The position numbers and the translations under genes are program-made. Shown piece after piece: positions 8,740 to 18,924 of a DNA stretch of 64,000 nt. Below the pieces are notes generated by a model. It worked only from the letters and a program-made list of their open reading frames with translations. It did no database searches and had not been told where the DNA came from. The DNA is taken from NCBI RefSeq assembly GCF_041748495.1, contig NZ_JBGTDD010000058.1, positions 208 through 64,207 of the forward strand, read 5' to 3'. Source of the DNA: Parasphingorhabdus sp. (lineage in GTDB: Bacteria; Pseudomonadota; Alphaproteobacteria; Sphingomonadales; Sphingomonadaceae). Position 1 is the first letter of the stretch. Every line of letters starts with the position of its first letter.

Positions 8740-9702
8740 CTAATGCTTGTCGAGCCATGCGGCGAGTTTCTCGGCAATATCACGGAAAGCCTGTCCGTGC
8801 ACATCGTCAGCGCAAGCCGGAGGTGTACCGCCATCGCTGGACTTGCGAATCTCGATATCAAGTGGAATTCTGCCGAGAAAGGGCATGCCCATCGTCCTGG
8901 CAGCGGCTTCCGCTCCCCCCGCGCCAAAGGGATCGCTGATCTCGCCACAATGCGGACATTGATAACCGGCCATATTCTCGACCATGCCGATGATCGGAAT
9001 CTTGGCCTGGTTGAACAGGTCCACCGCCCGGGTCGCATCCATCAGCGCCAGATCCTGCGGCGTCGAAACGATCACCGCGCCGACCGGCTTGTGATTCTGC
9101 ATCATTGACAGTTGCACGTCGCCGGTGCCCGGCGGCATATCGACGATCAGTTCCTCGACATCCCCCCAATGGGCATCGATCAGCTGATCAAGTGCCTTGC
9201 CCGCCATCGGCCCGCGCCAGGCGATGGCCTGGCCGGGCTTCGCCAGATGGCCCATGGACAGGACAGGCACATGATAATCTGTGGGAACCGGGATCAACTG
9301 CTTGCCCTCGGCCTCGGGCCGCCGTCCCTCGCAATGCAGGAGGCGGGGCTGCGACGGCCCATATATATCGGCGTCAACCATCCCCACCTTGCGGCCCAGA
9401 CGCTGCATGGCAATCGCCAGATTGGCGGAAAGCGTAGACTTGCCCACGCCGCCTTTACCACTGGCCACGGCGATCAGACGGCGCTCCACCTTCTCGGCGG
9501 TCATGGCGATAGCGACTGTCTCGACGCCGTCCAGTTTCAGCAAGGCAGCTTTCACGGCAATCTCGATCTGGCCGCGTTCGCGGACATCCAGACCGCCGAC
9601 ATTGAGCACCAGCGTAATCCGGTCCTGAGCATATTTTACGGCGCTGAAACGGCCTTTGGCGACATCGTCCAATGCCGCTTCGATGGAGGAAATATCGGTC
9701 AT
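8740..9702 (-). CDS. apbC: Mrp/NBP35-family Fe-S cluster carrier ATPase
   Basis: ORF 8740..9738. It has the deviant Walker A SGKGGVGKST and the CPHCG cysteine pair. The start is probably ATG 9702 (MTDISSIEAAL). Confidence 0.88.
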   Translation of the reverse strand: MTDISSIEAALDDVAKGRFSAVKYAQDRITLVLNVGGLDVRERGQIEIAVKAALLKLDGVETVAIAMTAEKVERRLIAVASGKGGVGKSTLSANLAIAMQRLGRKVGMVDADIYGPSQPRLLHCEGRRPEAEGKQLIPVPTDYHVPVLSMGHLAKPGQAIAWRGPMAGKALDQLIDAHWGDVEELIVDMPPGTGDVQLSMMQNHKPVGAVIVSTPQDLALMDATRAVDLFNQAKIPIIGMVENMAGYQCPHCGEISDPFGAGGAEAAARTMGMPFLGRIPLDIEIRKSSDGGTPPACADDVHGQAFRDIAEKLAAWLDKH

Positions 9703-9773
9703 CGGATCGACATAGTTACACTTTTCTCGGATTGACACTGTTTTTCTGGCGGCTTGCTACCTATAAAGAAACA

Positions 9774-10877
9774 ATGGATAAAAATATTGACGGCGAAGCG
9801 CGCCGCAGATCGATTTTGGGCACCATCATGAACATGGCTGGCCCCTGGGGCAATAACGGCGACAGCGGCAACGATGGTGGCAACGGCAATGGCGGCGGTC
9901 CCCGCAACCCCTGGGGCAGCCCTGCGGGCCGGCCGTCCGGTGGCGGACGCAAGGGCGCGAGCTCGCTCGAAGAACTGTTCAAAAGAGGCGCCGGCGGCGG
10001 TTTCGGAGGCGGCCTTCCCAAACGTCCCGGCGGACGGTCCTGGTGGCCACTGATAGCCATTGCCTTCATCGTTCTTTGGGTGCTGCTCACCAGCATCCAC
10101 CGCGTCAGCCCGCAGGAACGCGGCGTCGTGACCTTCCTGGGCTCCTATTCGCGGACCATGCAGCCCGGCCTGCACTTTTCGCTGCCCACTCCGCTCGAAC
10201 AGGTCACCAAGCTTGATGTCGAGGATATCCGGACGATCGATATTCCGGAGGGGGAAGCCGAAAAGCTGATCCTGACCGGCGATCAGAATATTGTCGACCT
10301 TGCCTATTCGGTGCGCTGGAACATCAAGGCCCCGGAACTGTTCCTGTTCCAGATCGCCGAACCGGAAGAAACGATCATGGAGGTCGCGGAAGCGGCAATG
10401 CGCGCAGCGGTCGCGAATTTTACGCTGGATGACACGATCGGTGCGCAGCGGACCGACATCGAACAGCAGGTCGAGCAGAATATGCAGCAACTGCTTGATG
10501 GCTATGGCGCTGGCGTTGTCATCCGCGGTATCGCGATCAAGAAGGCCGATCCCCCGGCGGCGGTCAACGATGCCTTTAAGGAAGTGTCCGCTGCTCAGCA
10601 GACAGCGCAAACCTATCTCAACGAAGCCCGGGCCTATGCGCAACAGCTGACCGCCCAGGCTCAGGGTGAATCCGCCGCCTTTGACAAGGTTTATGAGGAA
10701 TATCGGCTGGCACCGAGGGTGACCCGGCAGCGGATGTATTATGAAACAATGGAGCGAGTATTGTCCAAGGTCGACAAGACGGTAATCGAAGCAAGAGGTA
10801 TTACGCCTTATCTGGCTCTGCCGGAATTGCAGAAACGCGCGCAGCAGCCGGCGGTTACCGCCGTGGAGCCGAAATGA
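9774..10877 (+). CDS. hflK: FtsH protease modulator HflK
   Basis: ORF 9672..10877. It has a Gly/Asn-rich N-terminus (GPWGNNGDSGNDGGNGNGGGPRNPWG), one TM helix and an SPFH/band-7 domain. The start is uncertain (ATG 9774, 9828 or 9834). Confidence 0.85.
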   Translation: MDKNIDGEARRRSILGTIMNMAGPWGNNGDSGNDGGNGNGGGPRNPWGSPAGRPSGGGRKGASSLEELFKRGAGGGFGGGLPKRPGGRSWWPLIAIAFIVLWVLLTSIHRVSPQERGVVTFLGSYSRTMQPGLHFSLPTPLEQVTKLDVEDIRTIDIPEGEAEKLILTGDQNIVDLAYSVRWNIKAPELFLFQIAEPEETIMEVAEAAMRAAVANFTLDDTIGAQRTDIEQQVEQNMQQLLDGYGAGVVIRGIAIKKADPPAAVNDAFKEVSAAQQTAQTYLNEARAYAQQLTAQAQGESAAFDKVYEEYRLAPRVTRQRMYYETMERVLSKVDKTVIEARGITPYLALPELQKRAQQPAVTAVEPK

Positions 10878-11728
10878 TGGGACGGATCATACAAAATCCC
10901 GTTGCGCTCGGCGTGATCATCATCGCCGCCCTGTTCATCCTGCTCAATACGATCGTCATCGTGCCCGAAACGCGGCAAGGCGTCGTTGTCCAGCTTGGCG
11001 AACCGAAGCGAATCGTCAATCGCTACCAGTCGGGCGAGAGCTTTGGCGCGACCGGCGCGGGCCTGATTGCCAAAATACCATTTTTCGAGCAGATCGTATG
11101 GATCGACAAACGCATTCTCGACGTCGAGATGGAACAGCAGCAGGTTCTGTCGACGGACCAGCTTCGCTTGCAGGTCGATGCTTTTGCCCGATACCGTGTC
11201 ACCGATCCCTTGCGCATGTATATCGCAGCAGGCAGCGAAGCGCGCGTGTCGGACGAGCTTCGCCCGATCCTCGGATCGGCGCTGAGAAACGAACTCGGCA
11301 AGCGACCTTTTGCTGCGCTGCTCAGTCCGGAACGTGGCCAGGTGATGGATAATATCCAGGCCGGTCTCAACCGGGTTGCCCGCCAATATGGCGCAGAAAT
11401 TGTCGATGTGCGGATCAAGCGCGCCGATCTGCCCGACGGTACGCCGCTCGAAAGCGCCTATCAGCGGATGCGGACCGCGCGTGATCAGGAAGCGCGGACC
11501 ATTCGGGCACAGGGGGCAAAACAGGCACAGATCATTCGCGCCGAAGCCGATGCGAGCGCCGCAAGAACCTATGCCGAGAGTTTTGGCAAGGACGCGGACT
11601 TCTATGATTTCTACCGCGCAATGAAGAGTTATGAAACGACCTTCCAGGGCGGTGGTCCGGATGATCCGCAAAGTTCGTTCGTGCTTTCGCCGGACAATGA
11701 ATATCTGCGTCAGTTCCGGGGCAATTGA
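10874..11728 (+). CDS. hflC: FtsH protease modulator HflC
   Basis: ORF 10874..11728 (284 aa) with an SPFH domain. The ATGA overlap with hflK gives the canonical hflKC pair. Confidence 0.88.
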   Translation: MMGRIIQNPVALGVIIIAALFILLNTIVIVPETRQGVVVQLGEPKRIVNRYQSGESFGATGAGLIAKIPFFEQIVWIDKRILDVEMEQQQVLSTDQLRLQVDAFARYRVTDPLRMYIAAGSEARVSDELRPILGSALRNELGKRPFAALLSPERGQVMDNIQAGLNRVARQYGAEIVDVRIKRADLPDGTPLESAYQRMRTARDQEARTIRAQGAKQAQIIRAEADASAARTYAESFGKDADFYDFYRAMKSYETTFQGGGPDDPQSSFVLSPDNEYLRQFRGN

Positions 11729-11997
11729 TCGCGATCGGGATCCGTCGACTACAAATGTCATCTTTTCTGCGTAAGGCCGGTTTTTTTCGGTCAAACGTCG
11801 ATTTCCGGCTTGCGCAACGGTTGGCGGGAACCCAAATAGATAGGCATTGGGATGACCGCGCAGAATTGCGATCATGATCGGCGAACAAATATGCCAATAT
11901 TCAATTTCCGTTCATGCAAATTGCGCCAGTAATTTCGCGGTTTTGAACGGATTTGGCGGGAATCCTTTATTTGTTCCGCCAGGAATTTGAGAGGAAA

Positions 11998-13545
11998 ATG
12001 ACAGTGCGTTACGCTTACGGAATTTCAGCAGCTTTGCTTGTGGCCGGCAGTGCAGCAACCCTGGCCGGCATTGGTCCGGCTGGAGCACAGACCGCCGCCA
12101 ATGACAGCTCGGTAATGCGCAGCGTCGCCCCGCGCGCTGGCGCGCCGATGAGTTTTGCCGATCTGACCGAACAATTGCAGCCCGCCGTGGTCAATATCTC
12201 CACCACCCAGCGCGTCCGCGTCAACACGAACAACCCCTTTGCCGGCACGCCCTTTGACGGCCTGTTCGGCAACCGCCCCGGTGCCGATGGCGGCACACAA
12301 ACCCGCCAGGCGCAGTCTCTGGGTTCGGGTTTCATTATTTCGGCTGATGGCTATGTCGTCACCAACAATCATGTGGTCGCCCCGGGCAACCGCAACGCGA
12401 CGATCGAATCGATTACCGTGATCATGCCCGATCGCACCGAATATGTGGCCGAACTGGTCGGCCGTGACGCTGCGTCCGACATTGCGGTTCTGAAGATCAA
12501 GGCCAACAAGCCTCTGCCCTTCGTCAAATTCGGTGACAGCAGTTCTGCCCGCGTTGGTGACTGGGTGATTGCGATCGGCAATCCCTTTGGCCTGGGTGGC
12601 ACGGTTACCACGGGCATCCTCTCCGCAATTCACCGGAATACCGGTCAGGGCGGCGCCTATGACCGCTTCCTTCAGACCGACGCATCGATCAACCGCGGCA
12701 ATAGCGGCGGACCCATGTTCGATCTCAACGGCAATGTCATCGGCATTAACAATGCGATCATCTCGCCAACCGGCGGCAATGTCGGAATTGGCTTTGCCAT
12801 TCCGGCTGAGGTCGCGGCTCCGATCGTGGAAACGCTGAAAAAGGGACAGACGATCGAGCGCGGCTATCTGGGCGTCCAGATCAGCGCGCTTTCGGAAGAC
12901 TTGGCAGACTCGCTTGGATTGGAAAAAAATACCGGCGAGTTTGTGCAACGGGTCGAACCAGGTGAAGCAGCACAGAAAGCCGGCATTCAGGCGGGTGACG
13001 TAATTACCAAGGTCAATGGCAAATCGGTTACCCCGGACCGGACCTTGTCCTATCTGGTTGCCAATCTGCCAATCGGCACAGACGTTCCGATCGAACTGGT
13101 GCGCAATGGCAAGACAATCAAGGTCAATGCCAAGCTCGGCAAGCGTCCTTCCGAAGAAGAGCTGGCCGTCAATAGTTTCGATCCGGACGCGGAAGACAAC
13201 GCCTTGGGCCAGGATGACAATGGCGCGAGTGCACAAGCAACCGCCGATGCATTGGGCTTGTCGGTGGTCGATCTGACTCCGGCAATCGCGCGCCAAATCG
13301 GCGTCCCTTCGACGCAAAAAGGCGTTGTCGTGTCGACGGTCAATCCGAACAGCGATGCGGCCCAGAAAGGGATCAGACGCGGTTTTCTAATCACCAGTGT
13401 CAACCGGCAACCGGTGACCAACGCTTCTGAACTGGATAGTGCGATCAACAGTGCGAAAAGCTCGAACCGAGGAGCGGTTCTACTGCAAGTTCGGCGCGGC
13501 GCGCGCGATCCGATATTTGTCGCGGTCCGTCTGCAGGATGGCTAA
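11998..13545 (+). CDS. Do/DegP/DegQ-family periplasmic serine endoprotease with two PDZ domains
   Basis: ORF 11953..13545. The start is ATG 11998, preceded by GAGAGGAAA. It has a signal peptide and the catalytic blocks TNNHVV, DIAVLKI and GNSGGP, followed by two PDZ-like regions. Confidence 0.9.
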   Translation: MTVRYAYGISAALLVAGSAATLAGIGPAGAQTAANDSSVMRSVAPRAGAPMSFADLTEQLQPAVVNISTTQRVRVNTNNPFAGTPFDGLFGNRPGADGGTQTRQAQSLGSGFIISADGYVVTNNHVVAPGNRNATIESITVIMPDRTEYVAELVGRDAASDIAVLKIKANKPLPFVKFGDSSSARVGDWVIAIGNPFGLGGTVTTGILSAIHRNTGQGGAYDRFLQTDASINRGNSGGPMFDLNGNVIGINNAIISPTGGNVGIGFAIPAEVAAPIVETLKKGQTIERGYLGVQISALSEDLADSLGLEKNTGEFVQRVEPGEAAQKAGIQAGDVITKVNGKSVTPDRTLSYLVANLPIGTDVPIELVRNGKTIKVNAKLGKRPSEEELAVNSFDPDAEDNALGQDDNGASAQATADALGLSVVDLTPAIARQIGVPSTQKGVVVSTVNPNSDAAQKGIRRGFLITSVNRQPVTNASELDSAINSAKSSNRGAVLLQVRRGARDPIFVAVRLQDG

Positions 13546-13573
13546 ACGCTTATAAACATACGTAACAGAAATA

Positions 13574-13602
13574 GGCCGGCGCTTGACGCTGGCCTTTTTT
13601 TT
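13574..13602 (+). terminator. intrinsic terminator after the degP-like gene
   Basis: GGCCGGCgcttgacGCTGGCC hairpin followed by TTTTTTTT, 29 nt after the stop codon. Confidence 0.7.
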
Positions 13603-13650
13603 GCGTCAAGATTGGCAAGGGCTTGAACGGGATCAAAGGGGGATTCGCCG

Positions 13651-15231
13651 GTGACCGATGCAACAGAAATATTCCTGGGACTGGGTGGCGGCGAACGGCA
13701 AAGCCTCAACCTGTCCCGTGCCAATCGACATGGCCTGATCGCCGGAGCCACCGGTACCGGAAAAACCGTCACCTTGCAGGGACTGGCAGAGAGCTTTTCC
13801 GCCAATGGCGTGCCGGTCTTTGTCGCCGATGTAAAAGGCGATCTCGCAGGGATTGCGATGGCGGGATCCGCGCAGTTCAAACATGCCGACAAGCTGGAAG
13901 AACGGGCCAGGGAACTGGGCATGAGCGACTATGCCTATTCCGACAATCCCGCGATATTCTGGGATCTTTACGGCAAGCAGGGCCACCCGATCCGCACCAC
14001 CATCTCGGAAATGGGGCCGCTGTTGCTCGCGCGCCTGATGGATTTGAACGAGACCCAGGAAGGGGTGCTCAACATCGTGTTCCGGTTTGCCGATGAAGAG
14101 GGATTGCTGCTGCTGAACCTCGACGATCTGCAGGCGATGCTCGCCTATACGGCTGAGAATGCTCAGCAACTGTCCGCTCGATATGGCAATGTGACCAAGG
14201 CCAGCGTTGGCACGATCCAGCGTCAATTGTTGCAGCTGGACAGCCAAGGTGCGGGCCAGTTTTTCGGCGAGCCGGCGCTGGAGATTGATGACTTCATCCA
14301 GTGCGACGATCAGGGTCGCGGCTATATCAATATCCTCGCTGCCGACCAGCTGATGCGCAGTCCCAAACTCTACGCCACATTTCTGCTCTGGCTGCTCGCC
14401 GAGCTGTTCGAGAGCCTGCCGGAAGTCGGCGATCCGGAAAAACCGAAGCTGGTCTTTTTCTTTGATGAAGCCCATTTGCTGTTTGACGACGCACCCAAGG
14501 CACTGGAAGACAAGATCGAACAGGTCGTGCGCCTGATCCGTTCAAAGGGCGTCGGCGTCTATTTCATCACCCAGAACCCGGTCGACATTCCCCAAAAGGT
14601 TGCGGGCCAACTGGGCAACCGCGTGCAACATGCCCTGCGCGCCTTCACCCCTCGTGACAAAAAGGCGATCAAGGCTGCCGCCGACACGTTTCGGATCAAC
14701 CCCGACCTTGATGTCGAACAGGCCATCACCGAATTGCGCGTTGGTGAGGCGCTGGTCTCGACCCTGCTCGAAGACGGCGCGCCGTCGATTGTCCAGCGGA
14801 CCCTGATCAAGCCGCCCCGCTCGCGTCTCGGGCCGGTGACGGCAAAGGAACGGGCGATCATCAATTCAATATCGCCCTTTGAAGACAAATATCTGGAAGC
14901 GGTCGACCGGCACAGCGCCGAAGAGATTCTCGCCCAGAAGATTCTGGACGCAACGGCAACCGCCGGGGAAGTGGCAGAACAGGGTGAAGCGGAAGTCCGC
15001 AAACAACCGCGAAAGAGCAAAAGCATCTGGGAAAAGGCTTTCAGCCGCGGCGCCAAGGTCGCCGCCGGATCGGCAGCGGGCATGGCTGCCTCAACCATGC
15101 TGGGCAAAAAATCCCGGGCCAATCCGGTGCAGACCGGCGTGACCTCTGCCGTCGGTTCGGTCGTGACCGATCTCGCCGGCCCGGTCGCCGGGCGATTCGT
15201 GCGCAATCTGATCGGCGGCCTGATGCGCTAG
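13651..15231 (+). CDS. HerA-like ATPase, DUF853 (YjgR) family
   Basis: ORF 13651..15231 (526 aa, GTG start). It has Walker [19 protein letters not shown] (Walker B) and a basic, Gly-rich C-terminal tail. Confidence 0.8.
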   Translation: MTDATEIFLGLGGGERQSLNLSRANRHGLIAGATGTGKTVTLQGLAESFSANGVPVFVADVKGDLAGIAMAGSAQFKHADKLEERARELGMSDYAYSDNPAIFWDLYGKQGHPIRTTISEMGPLLLARLMDLNETQEGVLNIVFRFADEEGLLLLNLDDLQAMLAYTAENAQQLSARYGNVTKASVGTIQRQLLQLDSQGAGQFFGEPALEIDDFIQCDDQGRGYINILAADQLMRSPKLYATFLLWLLAELFESLPEVGDPEKPKLVFFFDEAHLLFDDAPKALEDKIEQVVRLIRSKGVGVYFITQNPVDIPQKVAGQLGNRVQHALRAFTPRDKKAIKAAADTFRINPDLDVEQAITELRVGEALVSTLLEDGAPSIVQRTLIKPPRSRLGPVTAKERAIINSISPFEDKYLEAVDRHSAEEILAQKILDATATAGEVAEQGEAEVRKQPRKSKSIWEKAFSRGAKVAAGSAAGMAASTMLGKKSRANPVQTGVTSAVGSVVTDLAGPVAGRFVRNLIGGLMR

Positions 15232-15700
15232 GGGCGAACTGGTTAACGGCCGGTCAAAAGCCTGGACGCTGATCATCGATAGCCCTTTCCTACACCCGTC
15301 CCGATCGTTTATGATCGCCGCCAGTCCTGAAACAAGTTCGGGACAGGCTCTTTGACAGATTGAATAAGCTGACCACATGGCTTGCCGATCTTGTGCCACC
15401 CCCGCCGAAAGGCCACACTCGGTGCCCTATCGGCGATCACGGAAACCCGGAAATCTGGGCCTTTGGGACAAAGGTCACAGAAAATAAAAACGCACACCGG
15501 CGTCAAGCTTTTGCTGGAAAGCAGGGGCCCTCTCCTGCCATTGCCGATAATCATCTGGGCAAGAGTTGGATCATGCAGCGAGCCCGAATAGCCAAGTGTT
15601 CAAGCCGCAACCGGTGCAGATGAAACCGCTCATTGGCCCAAACTTTGACAAACTTTGGAGACGCCTTCCCCGCTTCGGGGCCGGATTCGCATTAGGGCTT

Positions 15701-16090
15701 CTAGGCGAAAAACCGCGCAACAATATCCTTCGCCAGACGGGTCGGTCGCAGCGTATCCGCATCGACGCAGCACCAGCTGGACTGAACCTCGGCGAGCACT
15801 TCCTCGCCCCGCTTGATGATGGTGCTGTAGAAAGCCCGGGCGCCATGCACCTTCTCGAGCAGCACCTCGGCAATCACATCATCGTTCAGAAAAGCCGGTT
15901 TGCGATAGGTAATCTCATGCTTGATCGCGACCCAGAGATGGGTCGCCACAGCTTCGGATGGGGCGATCTTCTGCCAGTGCGCCACAACCGCATCCTGCAC
16001 CCAGGTGAGATAGTTGGCGTTGTTCACATGCCCCATGAAGTCGATGTCGGATTCCGCGATGGCAATATTATGCTGATGTTGTTGACCCAT
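15701..16090 (-). CDS. 4HBT/YbgC-type acyl-CoA thioesterase
   Basis: ORF 15701..16279. The credible part starts at ATG 16090 (MGQQHQHNIAIAESDIDFMGHVNNANYLTW), which is the hot-dog fold thioesterase motif. Confidence 0.75.
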   Translation of the reverse strand: MGQQHQHNIAIAESDIDFMGHVNNANYLTWVQDAVVAHWQKIAPSEAVATHLWVAIKHEITYRKPAFLNDDVIAEVLLEKVHGARAFYSTIIKRGEEVLAEVQSSWCCVDADTLRPTRLAKDIVARFFA

Positions 16091-16146
16091 ATCGTTACAA
16101 TAGGGATTGTTTGTGACGTTGCAAAGGCAAAAGCCGCTGTGGACCG

Positions 16147-16617
16147 TTAACCGCGGCCGCGATAAGGTGCAACGCCCTGTTCCGGCACCCATAAACCCGC
16201 CGGTGGCTCTCCAGACTGCCAGAAAACGTCGATCGGAATGCCCCCCCGCGGATACCAGTAGCCACCAATCCGCAGCCATCGGGGCTGCATTTCATCGAAC
16301 AGCCGCCTGCCGATTCCGACTGTGCAATCTTCGTGAAAAGCCGCATGATTGCGAAACGAACCGAGAAACAGCTTGAGCGATTTCGATTCGACGATGGTTC
16401 GGTCCGGCGCATAGTCGATGACCAGATGGGCAAAATCCGGCTGGGCGGTGACCGGACAAAGCGACGTGAATTCCGGCACGGCAAAGCGCGCGAGATAAAG
16501 ATCCCCGGCCCGGGGATTGGGCACATAGTCGAGTATCGCCTCATCGGGAGAAGCGGGCATGGCGCTCGCCTTGCCGAGAAATTTCGGGTCGGAGGAAGAG
16601 GTGGATTTGTCGCTCAT
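16147..16617 (-). CDS. queF: NADPH-dependent 7-cyano-7-deazaguanine (preQ0) reductase
   Basis: ORF 16147..16626. [15 protein letters not shown] and the QueF motif ESKSLKLFL are present. The size fits a unimodular type I QueF. Confidence 0.9.
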   Translation of the reverse strand: MSDKSTSSSDPKFLGKASAMPASPDEAILDYVPNPRAGDLYLARFAVPEFTSLCPVTAQPDFAHLVIDYAPDRTIVESKSLKLFLGSFRNHAAFHEDCTVGIGRRLFDEMQPRWLRIGGYWYPRGGIPIDVFWQSGEPPAGLWVPEQGVAPYRGRG

Positions 16618-16707
16618 GCAGGTCATCTAATACACGGGGCGCTTCATGTCATCACTCCTCTATATTCACCGCCGGTTCAGTGACCTCAGTGGCATCTCGC
16701 TCCGGAA

Positions 16708-17901
16708 ATGTACAAGGACAGGGCTGTTTTTCAAGCAATCACAAATAAGCGGTGCGCGGCGGTTCTGACCGGCGCAATTTTGGGCCTGTTCCCGGCCGCG
16801 ACGGCCGTGGCGCAATCCTCGGACGATGGTCTCCTGCCGATCCCGCAGAACCGGCCCTCGGTTGAAAGCTATTCGTTACCCCCGGGGCCCGGCAGCCGAT
16901 CCGATGAGGCTGTGGTGCAGGGACCAGTGGATGAAGACGTGCCGCAGCCCCGCCCCATCCTTCCGCCGCCAACTGCAACCCCTGCCCGAGCGCCCCCGCC
17001 TTCGCCGGAACCGGAAAGCAGCCGCTCGGCCGCTGTGCCTGCTCCCACCAACCGCGCGAGCGATGACGTGCGACAACCGGCCAGCGACGTGCCGCCAAGA
17101 GCGGAAAATACAGAATCGCCATCCGTACCGGAACCGGATCTGGCTTCTCCGGGCGCCGCCGAACGCCAGGGGCCAATGGACCCGTCAACAGACGCCGCCT
17201 CGCCATCGGCGCAAACCGCTGCAGAGCCGGACCCGGAATCCTCTACCAATCAATGGCTGCTGCTCTCCTTTGCCGCCCTGCTGCTGGGGATGCTCGGCGC
17301 GTTGCTATTCTGGCGCGCCCGGCGTGCTCCTCCGCAGCAGGTCGATGCCCTGGTATATGAGCGCACGGAATCCCCTCCGCCCGAACCCGCTCCCCCGATC
17401 GCGGAACCCGTGCAGCCGGCGCCAACCATCGCCCTCGATTTCCGTCCGCATGCAGCCAATGCGACATTGATCAACGCGGTCCTGAGTTTTGAACTGACGC
17501 TGGCCAATCAGGGTCGCGATTCGCTGACCGAAATAAAGGTCAACGGGGCGATGGTGCAGGCCGAAAAGGATGGCGGCACCAATCCCGCCTCGATCGATCT
17601 CTCGCCTTTGGGCGAGGTTCAGAATCTTGCACCCGGCACAGACGACAAAATTCTCACTGAATTTCGGGTGCCGCTGGCGACCATCCGGCCGATAGAGTTT
17701 CGGTCCCAGGCCCTGTTTGTCCCGCTGGTTCATATCTCGATCGAATATACTGATGGATCCGGTTTCCAGCATCTTCAGACCGCCACCTATATGGTCGGTA
17801 CAGAGCATCAGCCACCGCGCGCCAAGATGGCGCCGTTCCGCCTGGATCTCGGACCGCGCAGTTTTTCACCATTGGGTTACCGCGCCCTGCAAGTGGTCTG
17901 A
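16708..17901 (+). CDS. hypothetical bitopic protein: signal peptide, about 150-aa Pro/Ser/Ala-rich region, TM helix, about 190-aa C-terminal domain
   Basis: ORF 16708..17901 (397 aa). It has an AVAQ signal-like N-terminus, a P-rich low-complexity stretch, the helix WLLLSFAALLLGMLGALLFW and a globular tail. No family was recognised. Confidence 0.55.
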   Translation: MYKDRAVFQAITNKRCAAVLTGAILGLFPAATAVAQSSDDGLLPIPQNRPSVESYSLPPGPGSRSDEAVVQGPVDEDVPQPRPILPPPTATPARAPPPSPEPESSRSAAVPAPTNRASDDVRQPASDVPPRAENTESPSVPEPDLASPGAAERQGPMDPSTDAASPSAQTAAEPDPESSTNQWLLLSFAALLLGMLGALLFWRARRAPPQQVDALVYERTESPPPEPAPPIAEPVQPAPTIALDFRPHAANATLINAVLSFELTLANQGRDSLTEIKVNGAMVQAEKDGGTNPASIDLSPLGEVQNLAPGTDDKILTEFRVPLATIRPIEFRSQALFVPLVHISIEYTDGSGFQHLQTATYMVGTEHQPPRAKMAPFRLDLGPRSFSPLGYRALQVV

Positions 17902-18061
17902 TAGGCAGCGCATTACGGGCGACGATTCCGACAAGCCATGCACAAAAACCACATAAGCGGTGGATTCGTGGGGCAATGCGTTATAGCCTCGACGGCTGGA
18001 AATCGAATCGCTAAACGGCGGGACAAATAGCGCAAATACTTGCGGGCATGAGGAGTTAATT

Positions 18062-18898
18062 ATGGAATTGCTGGTAACGACCGACTGGCTGGCCAACGAA
18101 CTGGGTGCATCGGATCTGCGGATTGTCGATGCGACAAAATTCATGCCCGATGCCGGGCGCAATCCGGCAGCCGAATATGAGGCTGGCCATATTCCCGGCG
18201 CTGTGTTCATGGATCTTGGCGAACTGACCGACACCGGCAAACCGATCGACAATATGCTACCTCCGGCTGAAAAATTTGCCAGCCGCATGCAATCGCTTGG
18301 CCTTGGTGACGGCAGCCGCGTGGTGCTCTATGACGATAGCCCCTTGAAGAGCGCCGCCCGCGCTTGGTGGATGCTGACCATTTTCGGTGCCCATGAAGTC
18401 GCCATTCTTGATGGCGGCATTGCCAAATGGAAAGCCGAAGGCCGCCCTCTGGAAACCGGCAAGGAAGCGCTGCGTCACCGGCACTTCACGGTCTGGAAAG
18501 ACGACAAGGATGTCCGCACCAAGGCGGATATGCTCGCCAATCTGCACAGCAAGAATGAGCAGGTGGTCGATGCCCGGCCTGCCGACCGGTTCAGCGGCGA
18601 AACACCCGACCCGCGCGGAAACGCAGCGTCCGGCCATATCCCAGGCTCGACCAATATTCCGCACAGCAGCTTTTTCAGCGCGGACGGAACCTGGAAAAGC
18701 GCTGACGAGATCAAGACTATCTTCAGCGATGCTGGCGTCGATCTCTCGAAACCGCTGGTCACGACCTGTGGGTCAGGCATGACGGCAGCGGTTGTATCCT
18801 TCGCCGCAGCTCTGGCAGGGGCCGAGAAAACCGCTCTCTACGATGGCAGCTGGGCCGAATGGGGCGCTGACGCGGACACCCCGAAAGAATCTGCCTGA
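18062..18898 (+). CDS. sseA: 3-mercaptopyruvate sulfurtransferase (tandem rhodanese)
   Basis: ORF 18062..18898 with a GAGGAG RBS. HIPGA is present and the active-site loop is CGSGMTAAV. Confidence 0.88.
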   Translation: MELLVTTDWLANELGASDLRIVDATKFMPDAGRNPAAEYEAGHIPGAVFMDLGELTDTGKPIDNMLPPAEKFASRMQSLGLGDGSRVVLYDDSPLKSAARAWWMLTIFGAHEVAILDGGIAKWKAEGRPLETGKEALRHRHFTVWKDDKDVRTKADMLANLHSKNEQVVDARPADRFSGETPDPRGNAASGHIPGSTNIPHSSFFSADGTWKSADEIKTIFSDAGVDLSKPLVTTCGSGMTAAVVSFAAALAGAEKTALYDGSWAEWGADADTPKESA

Positions 18899-18924
18899 AG
18901 ATGCTGACGCTGCTGGAACTATAG

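Noticed and set aside
13651-15231. HerA-like ATPase as part of a defence system (for example Sir2/HerA or DUF4297/HerA)
   Set aside because: It belongs to the DUF853/YjgR stand-alone type. No Sir2, DUF4297 or nuclease partner is adjacent, and the flanks are degP and a non-coding gap.
15540-15556. Fur-box-like GATAATCAT in the 15.2-15.7 kb gap
   Set aside because: Only about half of the 19-bp Fur consensus is matched, and no iron-related gene is positioned downstream.
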